Positions 49,741 to 58,970 of a stretch of 64,000 nt of DNA are shown here, piece by piece. A model generated the notes under the pieces. The model did no database searches and was not told the origin of the DNA. It saw nothing but the letters and a program-made list of their open reading frames with translations. Source of the DNA: Bacteroidota bacterium (GTDB lineage: Bacteria; Bacteroidota; Bacteroidia; Palsa-965); the NCBI GenBank assembly GCA_021299855.1, contig JAJTEY010000031.1, forward strand, positions 272 to 64,271, given 5' to 3'. The stretch's first letter is position 1; every line of letters begins with the position of its first letter. The position numbers and the translations under genes were made by a program.

Positions 49741-50982
49741 ATGGCCATTATCGAATTAAAAGTTCCAAGTCCGGGTGAGTCAATCACCGAAGTAACCATC
49801 AGCCGTTGGTTAAAAGCAAACGGAGATGTTGTTGAGAAAGACGAAGAACTTTGCGAAGTAGAATCGGACAAGGCAACGCTGACCATTAATGCAGAAGAAG
49901 CCGGTGCTATCACTATTAAAGTTGCGGAAGGCACTACCGTTAAAGTTGGTGAGGTCGTTTGCACGATTGACACTTCTGTTCAACCTACAGCAAAACCTAA
50001 AACAGAAGTAAAAGCGGAAGCGAAAGCTGAGCCTGTTAATACGGCTGCAAAAGAAGAAGTGAAAGCCACTTCAGGCAGCGGATATGCTTCCGGTCATCCG
50101 TCTCCTGCCGCAAAGAAATTAATGGACGACAGCAAGGTTCCGGCTAATAAAGTGAATGGCAGTGGTCCGGGTGGGCGCATTACAAAAGGTGATGTATTGA
50201 CGGTGTTGGCAAACGGATTTGATTCCAATACCATGAGCAGTTGGGGCGGCACACGTGATCATCGTCGTGAGAAGATGTCTGCGTTGCGTAAGAAATTATC
50301 GCAGCGTTTGGTGTCTGTGAAGCAGGAAACCGCGATGCTCACTACGTTTAATGAAGTGGACATGAGCGCAATTATGGCGATGCGCGCAAAATATAAAGAC
50401 GCATTTAAAGAGAAATACGGCGTTAACATCGGCTTCATGTCGTTTTTCACGAAAGCAGTTACGGAAGCATTGCATTTGTTCCCTGCGGTGAATGCACAGA
50501 TTGACGGAGAAGAAATTGTTTACCACGATTATTGCGACGTTGGTATCGCAGTGAGCGCACCGAAAGGTTTGGTGGTTCCTGTAATTCGTAACGCGGAGAC
50601 GATGAGCCTTGCGGAAATTGAAGCTGACATCAAGCGTTTAGCGACTCGTGCACGCGACAATAAGATTACGGTAGAAGACATGACCGGCGGAACGTTCACC
50701 ATCACTAATGGCGGTGTTTTCGGCTCGTTGATGAGCACACCGATTATCAATCCTCCGCAAAGTGCAATTTTAGGAATGCACAATGTGGTTGATCGTCCTG
50801 TTGCGGTAAACGGAAAAGTGGAGATTCGTCCGATGATGTACATCGCATTGAGTTACGATCACCGCATCATCGACGGTCGTGAATCAGTGAGCTTCTTAGT
50901 GAAAGTAAAAGAGATGGTTGAAAATCCTGTGAAACTGCTGTTCGGAGGCAAGAGTCCGGAAGAAGTGGTGATGGGATTGTAA
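49741..50982 (+). CDS. sucB: Dihydrolipoyllysine-residue succinyltransferase (E2)
   Basis: Lipoyl motif VESDKATL, a PSBD, and the catalytic [11 protein letters not shown]. Confidence 0.9.
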   Translation: MAIIELKVPSPGESITEVTISRWLKANGDVVEKDEELCEVESDKATLTINAEEAGAITIKVAEGTTVKVGEVVCTIDTSVQPTAKPKTEVKAEAKAEPVNTAAKEEVKATSGSGYASGHPSPAAKKLMDDSKVPANKVNGSGPGGRITKGDVLTVLANGFDSNTMSSWGGTRDHRREKMSALRKKLSQRLVSVKQETAMLTTFNEVDMSAIMAMRAKYKDAFKEKYGVNIGFMSFFTKAVTEALHLFPAVNAQIDGEEIVYHDYCDVGIAVSAPKGLVVPVIRNAETMSLAEIEADIKRLATRARDNKITVEDMTGGTFTITNGGVFGSLMSTPIINPPQSAILGMHNVVDRPVAVNGKVEIRPMMYIALSYDHRIIDGRESVSFLVKVKEMVENPVKLLFGGKSPEEVVMGL

Positions 50983-51000
50983 GCGCGATTATGATTTAAG

Positions 51001-51030
51001 AAAAAGGTCACCCGAATGAGTGACCTTTTT
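51001..51030. terminator. Bidirectional rho-independent terminator between convergent sucB and tcdA
   Basis: aaaaaggtcac (51001-51011) pairs with gtgaccttttt (51020-51030), with A/T runs on both sides. Confidence 0.8.
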
Positions 51031-51069
51031 CTTTTAGTAGCGACATTACCGTTATCGTCACTATGCCCA

Positions 51070-51804
51070 CTATCCCTTCATCAAATCCCTGATCACCACA
51101 CTTGCACACGTACAGCCGAATATCGCAGGCATGTACGACATAGTGCCGATAATTGATTTTTTCGGAAACGCTTTTTCGGTGACCACAATACGATCTTGCT
51201 CGATGGCTTCATCACTGAACACCACTGTGATTCCTTGTTTAATTCCGAATCGACTTAAACGTTTGCGTACATATTTTGCGAGATTGCAATAGTAGGTTTC
51301 CGAAATATCACACACGGTTACTTTCGTTGGATCTACCTTGCCTCCTGCTCCCATGGAACTCACCACAGGGATTTTTCTTTTCCAGCATGCAGCAATCAGA
51401 AATACTTTAGGTGATAACGTGTCGATACAATCCACTACATAATCGAATTTTCCTTCATCCAAAATTTGTTCGGTGAATTCATCTTTCACAAAAGCATTAA
51501 TCACTTTCAAATCAATTTCCGGATTGATATCACGAATACGTTCCGCCATAACTTCTGCTTTCCCCTTGTGGTGTGTTGATGACAACGCAGGAATCTGACG
51601 GTTACGATTACTCGGATCGACAACGTCTCCATCTACAATAGTCATGCGTCCAACACCTGCACGGGCAATCATCTCTGCGCAAATGCCGCCTACTCCACCT
51701 AATCCAACAACGAGTACGTTCGCATTCATCAAGCGTTTCACCGGTTCATCACCCAACAGCAGTTGGGTTCTGCTCATCCAATAGGGAATTTCTTGTTCAC
51801 TCAT
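51070..51804 (-). CDS. tcdA: tRNA threonylcarbamoyladenosine dehydratase (ThiF/E1-like)
   Basis: VVGLGGVGG nucleotide-binding motif. 244 aa. TcdA/CsdL-like throughout. Confidence 0.8.
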   Translation of the reverse strand: MSEQEIPYWMSRTQLLLGDEPVKRLMNANVLVVGLGGVGGICAEMIARAGVGRMTIVDGDVVDPSNRNRQIPALSSTHHKGKAEVMAERIRDINPEIDLKVINAFVKDEFTEQILDEGKFDYVVDCIDTLSPKVFLIAACWKRKIPVVSSMGAGGKVDPTKVTVCDISETYYCNLAKYVRKRLSRFGIKQGITVVFSDEAIEQDRIVVTEKAFPKKSIIGTMSYMPAIFGCTCASVVIRDLMKG

Positions 51805-52457
51805 GATTTTATTTTTGGATATACGTTGAAAAAGTTTTTCGTGATCTGTTCATTGAGTTGCGCGATTCCACCCTGCTCCGGCAATTCTGTATTGAGCTTT
51901 GTTAAAACATCCTGAACGGAAATTTTTCCCGTATCGGATTCCGTCAGTAAACGATTAGCTGGAATAAAGCGTGCGCTGCGGTTGATATTTTTCACATACG
52001 ATCGACCCATGGAAAAATAAACATCATAGTCGAGCAACTTTTTAGTTTCTTCTTCCGTGCCGCGATAATCGTGCAACACCAAGGTATTCGGACGACTTTT
52101 AATAAACGGAATCAAATCGTGGATGGCGCGAACCAGGTGCACAATAACGGGCAACTTTAACTGCTGTGCTAATGCGAGATGTGCTTCAAACACGTGCCAT
52201 TGTACCGCTTTATCGGGTCCGTGAAAGTAGTCGAGTCCGCATTCCCCAATGGCTACAACACGCGGATGTTGTACCACGTCCAACAAACCACTATACGCTC
52301 CGGCCCAGTTGTTATCGATATACCATGGATGCAAACCCGCACTCACAAAATAGTTAATGCGATTCAGCGTTTCGGTCCGCGGCAAAAATGCATTACGAAC
52401 GAAACCGCTACAACCATCTGTGTACTTGCGATGCGTATGTGCGTCGGTGATTAACAT
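51801..52457 (-). CDS. TatD-family metal-dependent hydrolase
   Basis: ITDAHTH and AIGECGLDYF motifs. ATGA overlap with tcdA. Confidence 0.7.
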   Translation of the reverse strand: MLITDAHTHRKYTDGCSGFVRNAFLPRTETLNRINYFVSAGLHPWYIDNNWAGAYSGLLDVVQHPRVVAIGECGLDYFHGPDKAVQWHVFEAHLALAQQLKLPVIVHLVRAIHDLIPFIKSRPNTLVLHDYRGTEEETKKLLDYDVYFSMGRSYVKNINRSARFIPANRLLTESDTGKISVQDVLTKLNTELPEQGGIAQLNEQITKNFFNVYPKIKS

Positions 52458-52458
52458 T

Positions 52459-53685
52459 TTATTTCCCTCTGAAAAATATTAGAAATAAAACACCTGCTAG
52501 TGCTGTACATCCCGACGCCACCGCAATAGGAAGATTGTAATCGATCGTTACAATATATCCCGCAACAATTGGTGGAATACACTGTGCAAAAGAAGCCACA
52601 CTTTGATTGATGCCCATGACTTCACCCTGCTCTTCCGGCGATGCCTGTGCAGAAACAATATTCAACGCATTGGGCGATAATAATCCTTGAAAGATGGCGA
52701 TGAACGGCATCACAAGAAACAATTGCCAACGTTGTTCGGGAATTAATAACAATACGAAGATCACGGCAAGACCGATTAACGTGATGCGCATCATTTGAAC
52801 CGAGGTCAATCGTGATGAAAAAATGCGTGTCAAGAAACCTTGCGTGAAAGCGATCCACAATCCGATATAGGCAAACACATCGCCCACTTCAGCTGCAGTG
52901 AATGCAAACTTCTCGTTCAGGAATATTTGAAAGAACTGTGTGAAAAACGAAAAACCAAACGTGAATAAAAACGACACGATGAAAATGGATCGTAATCCTT
53001 TCGACTGAAGTGCTTTCCCAATGTTTTTGAAACCCGAGAGCAAACTTACTTTGCTGGCTTTCTTCTCGGCTAGCGTTTCGCGATAGATGGTAAAGACCAT
53101 TACGAGGTTAATCGCCGATAATATTCCCGCAAACCAAAATGGCGTTGCATAATTAAACCAGGAAACAATTGCAGGATCGGCGAGCTTTCCACCCAAATAC
53201 GGCCCGATAACAAAACCTACTCCGAACGCCATTCCAATTAATCCGAAATTTTTTGTTTTCGTTTTTTCATCACTGATATCCGCGATGGACGAAAAGGCAA
53301 TAGAGATATTTCCTCCGGTGAAGCCATCCAAGGCACGACTGAAAAACATCAACCACAAATTTCCCGTCACAACTCCATAAGCGAACAGCAAGTAACCGAT
53401 CATCGTGCCTAGCAATGAAATCGCCAGTATTGGTTTTCGTCCGTAGCGATCGGATAACGCACCTAAGATGGGAGCGCCGAAAAATTGTGCTAACGGAAAT
53501 GCGGCTGCCATGAATCCGTACACGATATAACGTGTTTGAATGGCCACATCATTTTCAAAAATTCCGGAAGAAGGATCGGCGAATAAAATGGGCAACACGG
53601 GAATTACAATTCCCACACCCAGAAGATCAACAAAAACAGTAACGAGCAGCGAGATTAGAATACCGCGTTTATTAGCACCAGACAT
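52459..53685 (-). CDS. MFS transporter (TCR/Tet-like drug:H+ antiporter family)
   Basis: 12 predicted TM helices. Motif A GALSDRYGRKP. Confidence 0.85.
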   Translation of the reverse strand: MSGANKRGILISLLVTVFVDLLGVGIVIPVLPILFADPSSGIFENDVAIQTRYIVYGFMAAAFPLAQFFGAPILGALSDRYGRKPILAISLLGTMIGYLLFAYGVVTGNLWLMFFSRALDGFTGGNISIAFSSIADISDEKTKTKNFGLIGMAFGVGFVIGPYLGGKLADPAIVSWFNYATPFWFAGILSAINLVMVFTIYRETLAEKKASKVSLLSGFKNIGKALQSKGLRSIFIVSFLFTFGFSFFTQFFQIFLNEKFAFTAAEVGDVFAYIGLWIAFTQGFLTRIFSSRLTSVQMMRITLIGLAVIFVLLLIPEQRWQLFLVMPFIAIFQGLLSPNALNIVSAQASPEEQGEVMGINQSVASFAQCIPPIVAGYIVTIDYNLPIAVASGCTALAGVLFLIFFRGK

Positions 53686-53966
53686 GGCTTAAAGGTAACG
53701 TATACATTGAGAGTACCACCGCACCAACGTCGATGAACGAGTTATATCGAACTCATTTCTAAATTCAAATATTTTCATTTATCAAAAGTACAACTGTTGT
53801 TTTCTCGAAATAATTATACGCTGAGTCATTACCATGATTTTCGAGAAATTTCGGGCAATACACTTTAATGTACTATGAATCAACGAATAATGTAAGTCAA
53901 AAGAGCACTAACTTCGAAACTGGTGTGTTATGTAATGTAATATTCGCTGAAATATATTCCAATAAA

Positions 53967-54422
53967 TTATTGAGTGAGCTGCAGTGAGTTTTTAAGCGCG
54001 ATCTTAAAAAAACCGGTATAGTTACACCCCGTTACATGAACATAATATACCCCTTCTTTCAGACGGGACATGTTCAGATTAGGTTTACCTGTAATGCTGC
54101 GAATCATCTCTGAATATGGCTGATTAACAGGATATACCTGCGATCGATAATCGCTGATTAAAGCGAAATTAAACTCATCATACATATATGGTTGCACCTT
54201 ACTATTGTCAAATGGGAACAACACCACTAAGGAATCACTCGGCGAATTGCGAACAATATTTACTTGCTGCATATCGAAACGCGAAGTATCTGCGGTTTGA
54301 AGCATCGTCTCAGTTATATTAATGAGCTGTACGGCACGTATTGATTGATTGGCATGCCAGAAAAAATAGGCAGTTGTTCCAATACTCCCTAAAGCCACAA
54401 ATAGCATCAATAACTTTTTCAC
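53967..54422 (-). CDS. Hypothetical membrane-anchored protein
   Basis: GTG start. N-terminal TM KKLLMLFVALGSIGTTAYFFW. No recognised motif. Flanked by non-coding spacers of about 280 bp. Confidence 0.5.
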   Translation of the reverse strand: MKKLLMLFVALGSIGTTAYFFWHANQSIRAVQLINITETMLQTADTSRFDMQQVNIVRNSPSDSLVVLFPFDNSKVQPYMYDEFNFALISDYRSQVYPVNQPYSEMIRSITGKPNLNMSRLKEGVYYVHVTGCNYTGFFKIALKNSLQLTQ

Positions 54423-54706
54423 GGTGGAAAGTTAGCGCATACGAGGCTTGTTAACAAAACGATATTATTAAATGAACTTATCTTTGACCAGCAACTCGAA
54501 ATAACTATTCCAATTAAACTATCTTTTAATATTCCGTATGCGCATCACCTTTATACTCACTTCCCGTGAAATCGAAAGAAATTGGAAGGTAAATAACATT
54601 TCAGGCGAAAAAATGTAAGCAACGGTTATGATATCAGAATTGAGTTTATCACGTATTGAAGCAAGATTAACCCATAGGCTAACTATTACTTAGATCGATC
54701 AAAACC

Positions 54707-55453
54707 ATGAAAATACTAGGCATCATACCCGCACGATACGCTTCCTCCCGATTCCCGGGAAAACCGCTCATTGACCTCAACGGCAAAAGCATGATTCAAC
54801 GCGTGTACGAACAGGCGTTCAAAGCTTCTTTCCTGACGCAAGTAGTGGTGGCAACGGATGATCAACGCATATTTGATCATGTATTCGAATTTGGTGGTAT
54901 GGCGGTAATGACATCGAGCGAGCACCGCAGCGGCACCGATCGTTGTGCGGAAGTACTATCCAAAACAACGAAACACGTTGATGCAGTCATCAATATTCAA
55001 GGTGATGAGCCGTTTATTCAACCGGAACAAATCGATCTGCTGGCACGTTTGTTTGAAGATGATTCCGTGGAAATCGGCACGTTGATTAAACCTTTGCACG
55101 ATACTGCGGATTTATCCAATCCGAACATCATCAAAGTGGTGATCGATACACAACGAAACGGCATTTATTTCAGTCGTTCTCCTATTCCGTTTGTGCGCGA
55201 TGCAGCGGAACTTTCCGAATGGCCGAAAAAAGTGAAGTTGTATAAGCACGTCGGCATATACGGTTATCGTGCTGATGTGTTGCCAAAACTTACACAATTA
55301 GCTCCGGGAGTGCTGGAAATGGCGGAATCGTTGGAGCAATTGCGTTGGAGAGAAAACGGCTATGCCATCCGCACCGCGCTGACAGAATTGGAAACGATAT
55401 CTATTGACGCGCCGGAAGACGTGGACAAGCTGCGAAAAGCAGGGTTGATTTAA
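54707..55453 (+). CDS. kdsB: 3-deoxy-manno-octulosonate cytidylyltransferase
   Basis: GIIPARYASSRFPGKPL and NIQGDEP motifs. 248 aa. Confidence 0.9.
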   Translation: MKILGIIPARYASSRFPGKPLIDLNGKSMIQRVYEQAFKASFLTQVVVATDDQRIFDHVFEFGGMAVMTSSEHRSGTDRCAEVLSKTTKHVDAVINIQGDEPFIQPEQIDLLARLFEDDSVEIGTLIKPLHDTADLSNPNIIKVVIDTQRNGIYFSRSPIPFVRDAAELSEWPKKVKLYKHVGIYGYRADVLPKLTQLAPGVLEMAESLEQLRWRENGYAIRTALTELETISIDAPEDVDKLRKAGLI

Positions 55454-55621
55454 TCGCATAAGATATTTTTTAACAGATCTAGGCTCCCTTATACAAGGCC
55501 GCTGCATCCTGTTTACAACCAGAGGAACTGCGTTTGGCTCCTGCTTCGTAGCTTTCTTATGTTGAAACAAATGCGTGTCGAATTATTTACAGAATAGCTA
55601 CGATATAACGCTTCAAATGGC

Positions 55622-55629
55622 TAAATTTG
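55622..55629 (+). promoter_or_regulatory. -7 promoter box inside the long ORF model of the SPOR gene
   Basis: taaatttg lies 8 nt upstream of the in-frame ATG at 55638, which favours that start. Confidence 0.5.
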
Positions 55630-55637
55630 TCACTGAA

Positions 55638-56720
55638 ATGGTAGCTCCAGTTAACATAGCGCATTACATCGCCGACTTATTGTTCCGGCACGATTGTGTT
55701 ATTGTTCCCGGTTTGGGTGGATTTGTCTCCACTTACGCTTCCGCAAAAATTCATCCCGTACAACACACGTTTTTACCGCCTTCGAAGCAGATTGTGTTTA
55801 ACAAACATCTGCAACAGAATGATGGTTTGTTGGTGAATGCCATTGCAGTTGCGATGAGCATCACGTTCGATGAAGCACAAACAACAGTAAAAGCATTTAC
55901 GGAAGCCTTGCAAAATCAGTTGCAGGAAGGTAAAAAAGTAGAGCTGTTGAATTTGGGCAGCATGTGGCTGGATCCGGAGAAGAACATTTGTTTTGAATCC
56001 GATCCGGGAGTGAATTTCCTCATGGAATCCTTCGGTCTTGCTGCGTTCCAGACCATGCCGATATTGCGCGAGACTCCGAAAACCGAGCCGAAACCTGTTG
56101 TTCGTGAAGATCGCAAGATCACAGCAACACCGGAAGAAGTTGTTGCACCGCGCGTTCGTCGCTCAAAAGCAGTGTATGTTACGGCAGCCATCGCACTACC
56201 GATTTTGATCGCGTTGACGTGGGTAGGGTTGCGCATTCAGGATAATGGTCAGGGCATTGCAGGATTGGGCTTCTTCAAACAAGAGCCTGGCAAATATGCA
56301 CCCGTGAATTATGTGGCACAAATGATCGCCGACACCGCAAGTGAACATTTGAAATTCGACGCAGCAGGTAATGCCGATTTGCAATTATTGGAAATAGGTC
56401 CGCGATTGCACGTAAACGTTTATAAAATGCCTACAGATTCCACGAGCGTTGCTGCTACGCAGAATTTGGAGGCAAATCAAACCGGCAATTTAGAGCGCGA
56501 TCGTTTTTATATCATCGCAGGATGCTTCCGAATGCCGGAGAATGCGGACAATTATTACCGCGAATTAAGCGCGAAAGGTTTAAAACCTTCGAAGCTTAAT
56601 GCCATCAAAGGCGGAATGACCTACATCAGCTTGGGAACATTCTCAGAACGTAAAGCTGCGGAAGAATTGTTATTCGCGGTTCGCGGAACTGTTCCTGAAG
56701 CTTGGTTAATGAAGCGCTGA
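55638..56720 (+). CDS. HU-CCDC81-like N-terminal domain plus C-terminal SPOR (peptidoglycan-binding) domain protein
   Basis: IAHYIADLLFRHDCVIVPGLGGFV (HU-like), a central TM helix, and a C-terminal FYIIAGCFRMPENADNYYRELSAKG SPOR-like repeat. The start is uncertain (55575 GTG, 55617 or 55638). Confidence 0.75.
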   Translation: MVAPVNIAHYIADLLFRHDCVIVPGLGGFVSTYASAKIHPVQHTFLPPSKQIVFNKHLQQNDGLLVNAIAVAMSITFDEAQTTVKAFTEALQNQLQEGKKVELLNLGSMWLDPEKNICFESDPGVNFLMESFGLAAFQTMPILRETPKTEPKPVVREDRKITATPEEVVAPRVRRSKAVYVTAAIALPILIALTWVGLRIQDNGQGIAGLGFFKQEPGKYAPVNYVAQMIADTASEHLKFDAAGNADLQLLEIGPRLHVNVYKMPTDSTSVAATQNLEANQTGNLERDRFYIIAGCFRMPENADNYYRELSAKGLKPSKLNAIKGGMTYISLGTFSERKAAEELLFAVRGTVPEAWLMKR

Positions 56721-57131
56721 TTATCCGGCCCGCTTCACCCAATCATCTACTCTTCGCAACAACAACTCCAAACGAATCGGTTTGTTGATATAACCGTCTG
56801 CTTCCAGTTGTATGCCTAAATCTTTTGCATAAGACTCATTCAACGCCGAAAGAAACAGAATGCGTGTTTGATCAAACTCCGCTTTTGTACGCAATTGACG
56901 GCAGGTTTCGTAACCGTTCATCACCGGCATCAAAATATCCAGAATAATAAGATGCGGACGGCATTGCAACGCCACATCCAGCCCCGACTGACCATCAGTG
57001 GCCGTGAATACTTCGTAACCTTTACGCATGAGGTTATATCCAATGAATTCGCGGATATCGGGTTCGTCGTCGATGATTAAAATTCTGCGAGGTTGGAGTT
57101 CGTTCATATTGAGCAAACGTACAGTGCTCAT
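56721..57131 (-). CDS. Stand-alone response-regulator receiver protein
   Basis: ILIIDDEPD...IILDILMP...GYINKP. 136 aa with no output domain. Confidence 0.85.
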   Translation of the reverse strand: MSTVRLLNMNELQPRRILIIDDEPDIREFIGYNLMRKGYEVFTATDGQSGLDVALQCRPHLIILDILMPVMNGYETCRQLRTKAEFDQTRILFLSALNESYAKDLGIQLEADGYINKPIRLELLLRRVDDWVKRAG

Positions 57132-57162
57132 ATTGCGAAAAGATTACCCCTATCTGAAATGA

Positions 57163-57729
57163 TTATGAATTTACATCAGGGTGGTTCCGCTGCTTTTGCT
57201 CTTCCTGCGCGCGATTCTTGCGATAAATGGACACTGCCGCAAATAACGCAATGCCTAATACAATGGCGCTTAATGTTACCCAAACCCATGTATCGTTGCT
57301 TTTCGGAATAACTAAAAACACGATCACGAATAAGAAAATTGTCGCTACTTCATTCCACAGGCGTAAACGAAACGACGTCCATTTCAACACATCGCGTTGA
57401 TGTTGTTGGAACAATTGATGTGTTTTTAAGTGATACAACGTTAATCCGATTGCAAAACACAACTTCAGGATAAACCAGGCCTGTGCGTACAAATCGGGGC
57501 GATACCACGTAATCCACAATCCGAAAATCCACGTTAAAATCATGGCCGGCCAGGAAATAGCATACCACAAACGTTTCTGCATGATTTTGAACTGTGCGGA
57601 GAGAATATCGCGTTCCTGTTGTTCTTTATCCTGAGCTTCCACATGATAAATCAACAATCGCGGCATATAGAACAATGCGGCAAACCAACTTACCATAAAA
57701 ATTACGTGCAGAGATTTGACATAAACCAT
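57163..57729 (-). CDS. hemJ: Protoporphyrinogen IX oxidase HemJ
   Basis: MVYVKSLHVIFMVSWFAALFYMPRLLIYHVEA is the typical HemJ N-terminus. About 4 TM helices. Confidence 0.8.
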   Translation of the reverse strand: MVYVKSLHVIFMVSWFAALFYMPRLLIYHVEAQDKEQQERDILSAQFKIMQKRLWYAISWPAMILTWIFGLWITWYRPDLYAQAWFILKLCFAIGLTLYHLKTHQLFQQHQRDVLKWTSFRLRLWNEVATIFLFVIVFLVIPKSNDTWVWVTLSAIVLGIALFAAVSIYRKNRAQEEQKQRNHPDVNS

Positions 57730-57733
57730 ACTG

Positions 57734-57741
57734 CAAAGGTA
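57734..57741 (-). promoter_or_regulatory. -7 box TACCTTTG, 4 nt from the hemJ ATG
   Basis: The minus strand reads TACCTTTG-CAGT-ATG. It forms half of an 11-bp perfect inverted repeat with the rbfA box. Confidence 0.5.
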
Positions 57742-57787
57742 GTGGAATGCCTGCAACACGGGGTCAAATTAGTTGGCGTTAAATGCC

Positions 57788-57795
57788 TACCTTTG
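57788..57795 (+). promoter_or_regulatory. -7 box TACCTTTG, 6 nt from the rbfA ATG
   Basis: The plus strand reads TACCTTTG-CACGCT-ATG (start at 57802). Confidence 0.5.
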
Positions 57796-57801
57796 CACGC
57801 T

Positions 57802-58143
57802 ATGGAAAGTACGCGTCAGCTGAAATTTGCACGCTTGATTCAAAAGGAAATGGCAGACATTTTCCAGTTTGATATGCGTGGCACTTTCGGAAATATCATG
57901 ATCACGGTAACAATGGTTCGGGTAAGTCCGGATTTAGGTGTTGCCAAAGTTTATGTCAGCTTGTTTCCTGTAAAGGACAAAAAAGAAGTCCTTGAAAAAA
58001 TAAAAGAACACACTGTTGAGTTGCGCCACAATTTGGGGCAACGCATTCGCAAACAGGTGCGCGTTATTCCGGAGTTGATGTTTTTTATTGATGACTCACT
58101 GGACTACGCCGAACGAATTGAAGAACTCCTGAAAAAGAAATAA
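57802..58143 (+). CDS. rbfA: Ribosome-binding factor A
   Basis: MESTRQLKFARLIQKEMADIF...ITVTMVRVSPDLGVAKVYVS. 113 aa from the internal ATG. The longer ORF overlaps hemJ. Confidence 0.85.
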   Translation: MESTRQLKFARLIQKEMADIFQFDMRGTFGNIMITVTMVRVSPDLGVAKVYVSLFPVKDKKEVLEKIKEHTVELRHNLGQRIRKQVRVIPELMFFIDDSLDYAERIEELLKKK

Positions 58144-58148
58144 CGACT

Positions 58149-58955
58149 ATGCATTACGATCCCATTAAACGAACCCTGGGCTCCGTTTTTAATACTTCAC
58201 CCTTCATGCGTAAATTATTTTACGCATTGCTCGACTTGTTGTTGCTGCGCGCATGGCACGTTCACCGCGAATTAAAATTATGGCGCAAAGGCAAAGGTGA
58301 TGACATCAAAATTCTGGATGCAGGTTCGGGATACGGACAGCACAGTTATTATCTCGCGGGAATGAATCCGAAATGGGAAATTCTTGCCGTTGATGTGAAA
58401 CAAGAACAAGTAGAAGACTGCAACAAGTTTTTCCAACAAGTAGATCGTACGAATGTAAAGTTCGAAGTAGCGGATCTTACGAAATTTGATATGCCGGAAC
58501 GCTTCGATATGGCCTTGTCTGTAGATGTGATGGAACACATTCTGGAAGACGTTGCCGTGTTCGAAAACATTTGCAAGTCGTTAAAACCGGGCGGTATGTT
58601 GCTGGTTTCTACTCCATCCGATCAGGGCGGTTCCGATGTGCACGACGACGGTGAAAGTTCATTCATTGAAGAACATGTTCGTGATGGCTACAACATCAAG
58701 GAAATTGAAGACAAAATGAAAAAGGCCGGCTTCAGCAAAGTGGAAGCGCTGTATTCGTACGGAACTCCCGGAAAAATTTCATGGAGACTTTCCATGAAGT
58801 GGCCGATTCAGATGGTAGGTGCTTCTAAAATTTTCCTGATTCTGTTGCCGTTGTATTTCCTGATCACTTATCCGTTCGCGTATTTGCTGAACTGGATGGA
58901 CGTTTCAAGTAAGCATGCAACAGGAACAGGTTTGATTGTTAAAGCCTGGAAATAA
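58149..58955 (+). CDS. Class I SAM-dependent methyltransferase with a hydrophobic C-terminal tail
   Basis: Motif I ILDAGSGYGQHS and post-I LAVDV. C-terminal FLILLPLYFLITYPFAYLL. Confidence 0.75.
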   Translation: MHYDPIKRTLGSVFNTSPFMRKLFYALLDLLLLRAWHVHRELKLWRKGKGDDIKILDAGSGYGQHSYYLAGMNPKWEILAVDVKQEQVEDCNKFFQQVDRTNVKFEVADLTKFDMPERFDMALSVDVMEHILEDVAVFENICKSLKPGGMLLVSTPSDQGGSDVHDDGESSFIEEHVRDGYNIKEIEDKMKKAGFSKVEALYSYGTPGKISWRLSMKWPIQMVGASKIFLILLPLYFLITYPFAYLLNWMDVSSKHATGTGLIVKAWK

Positions 58956-58970
58956 TTTCATCGGGACCGC

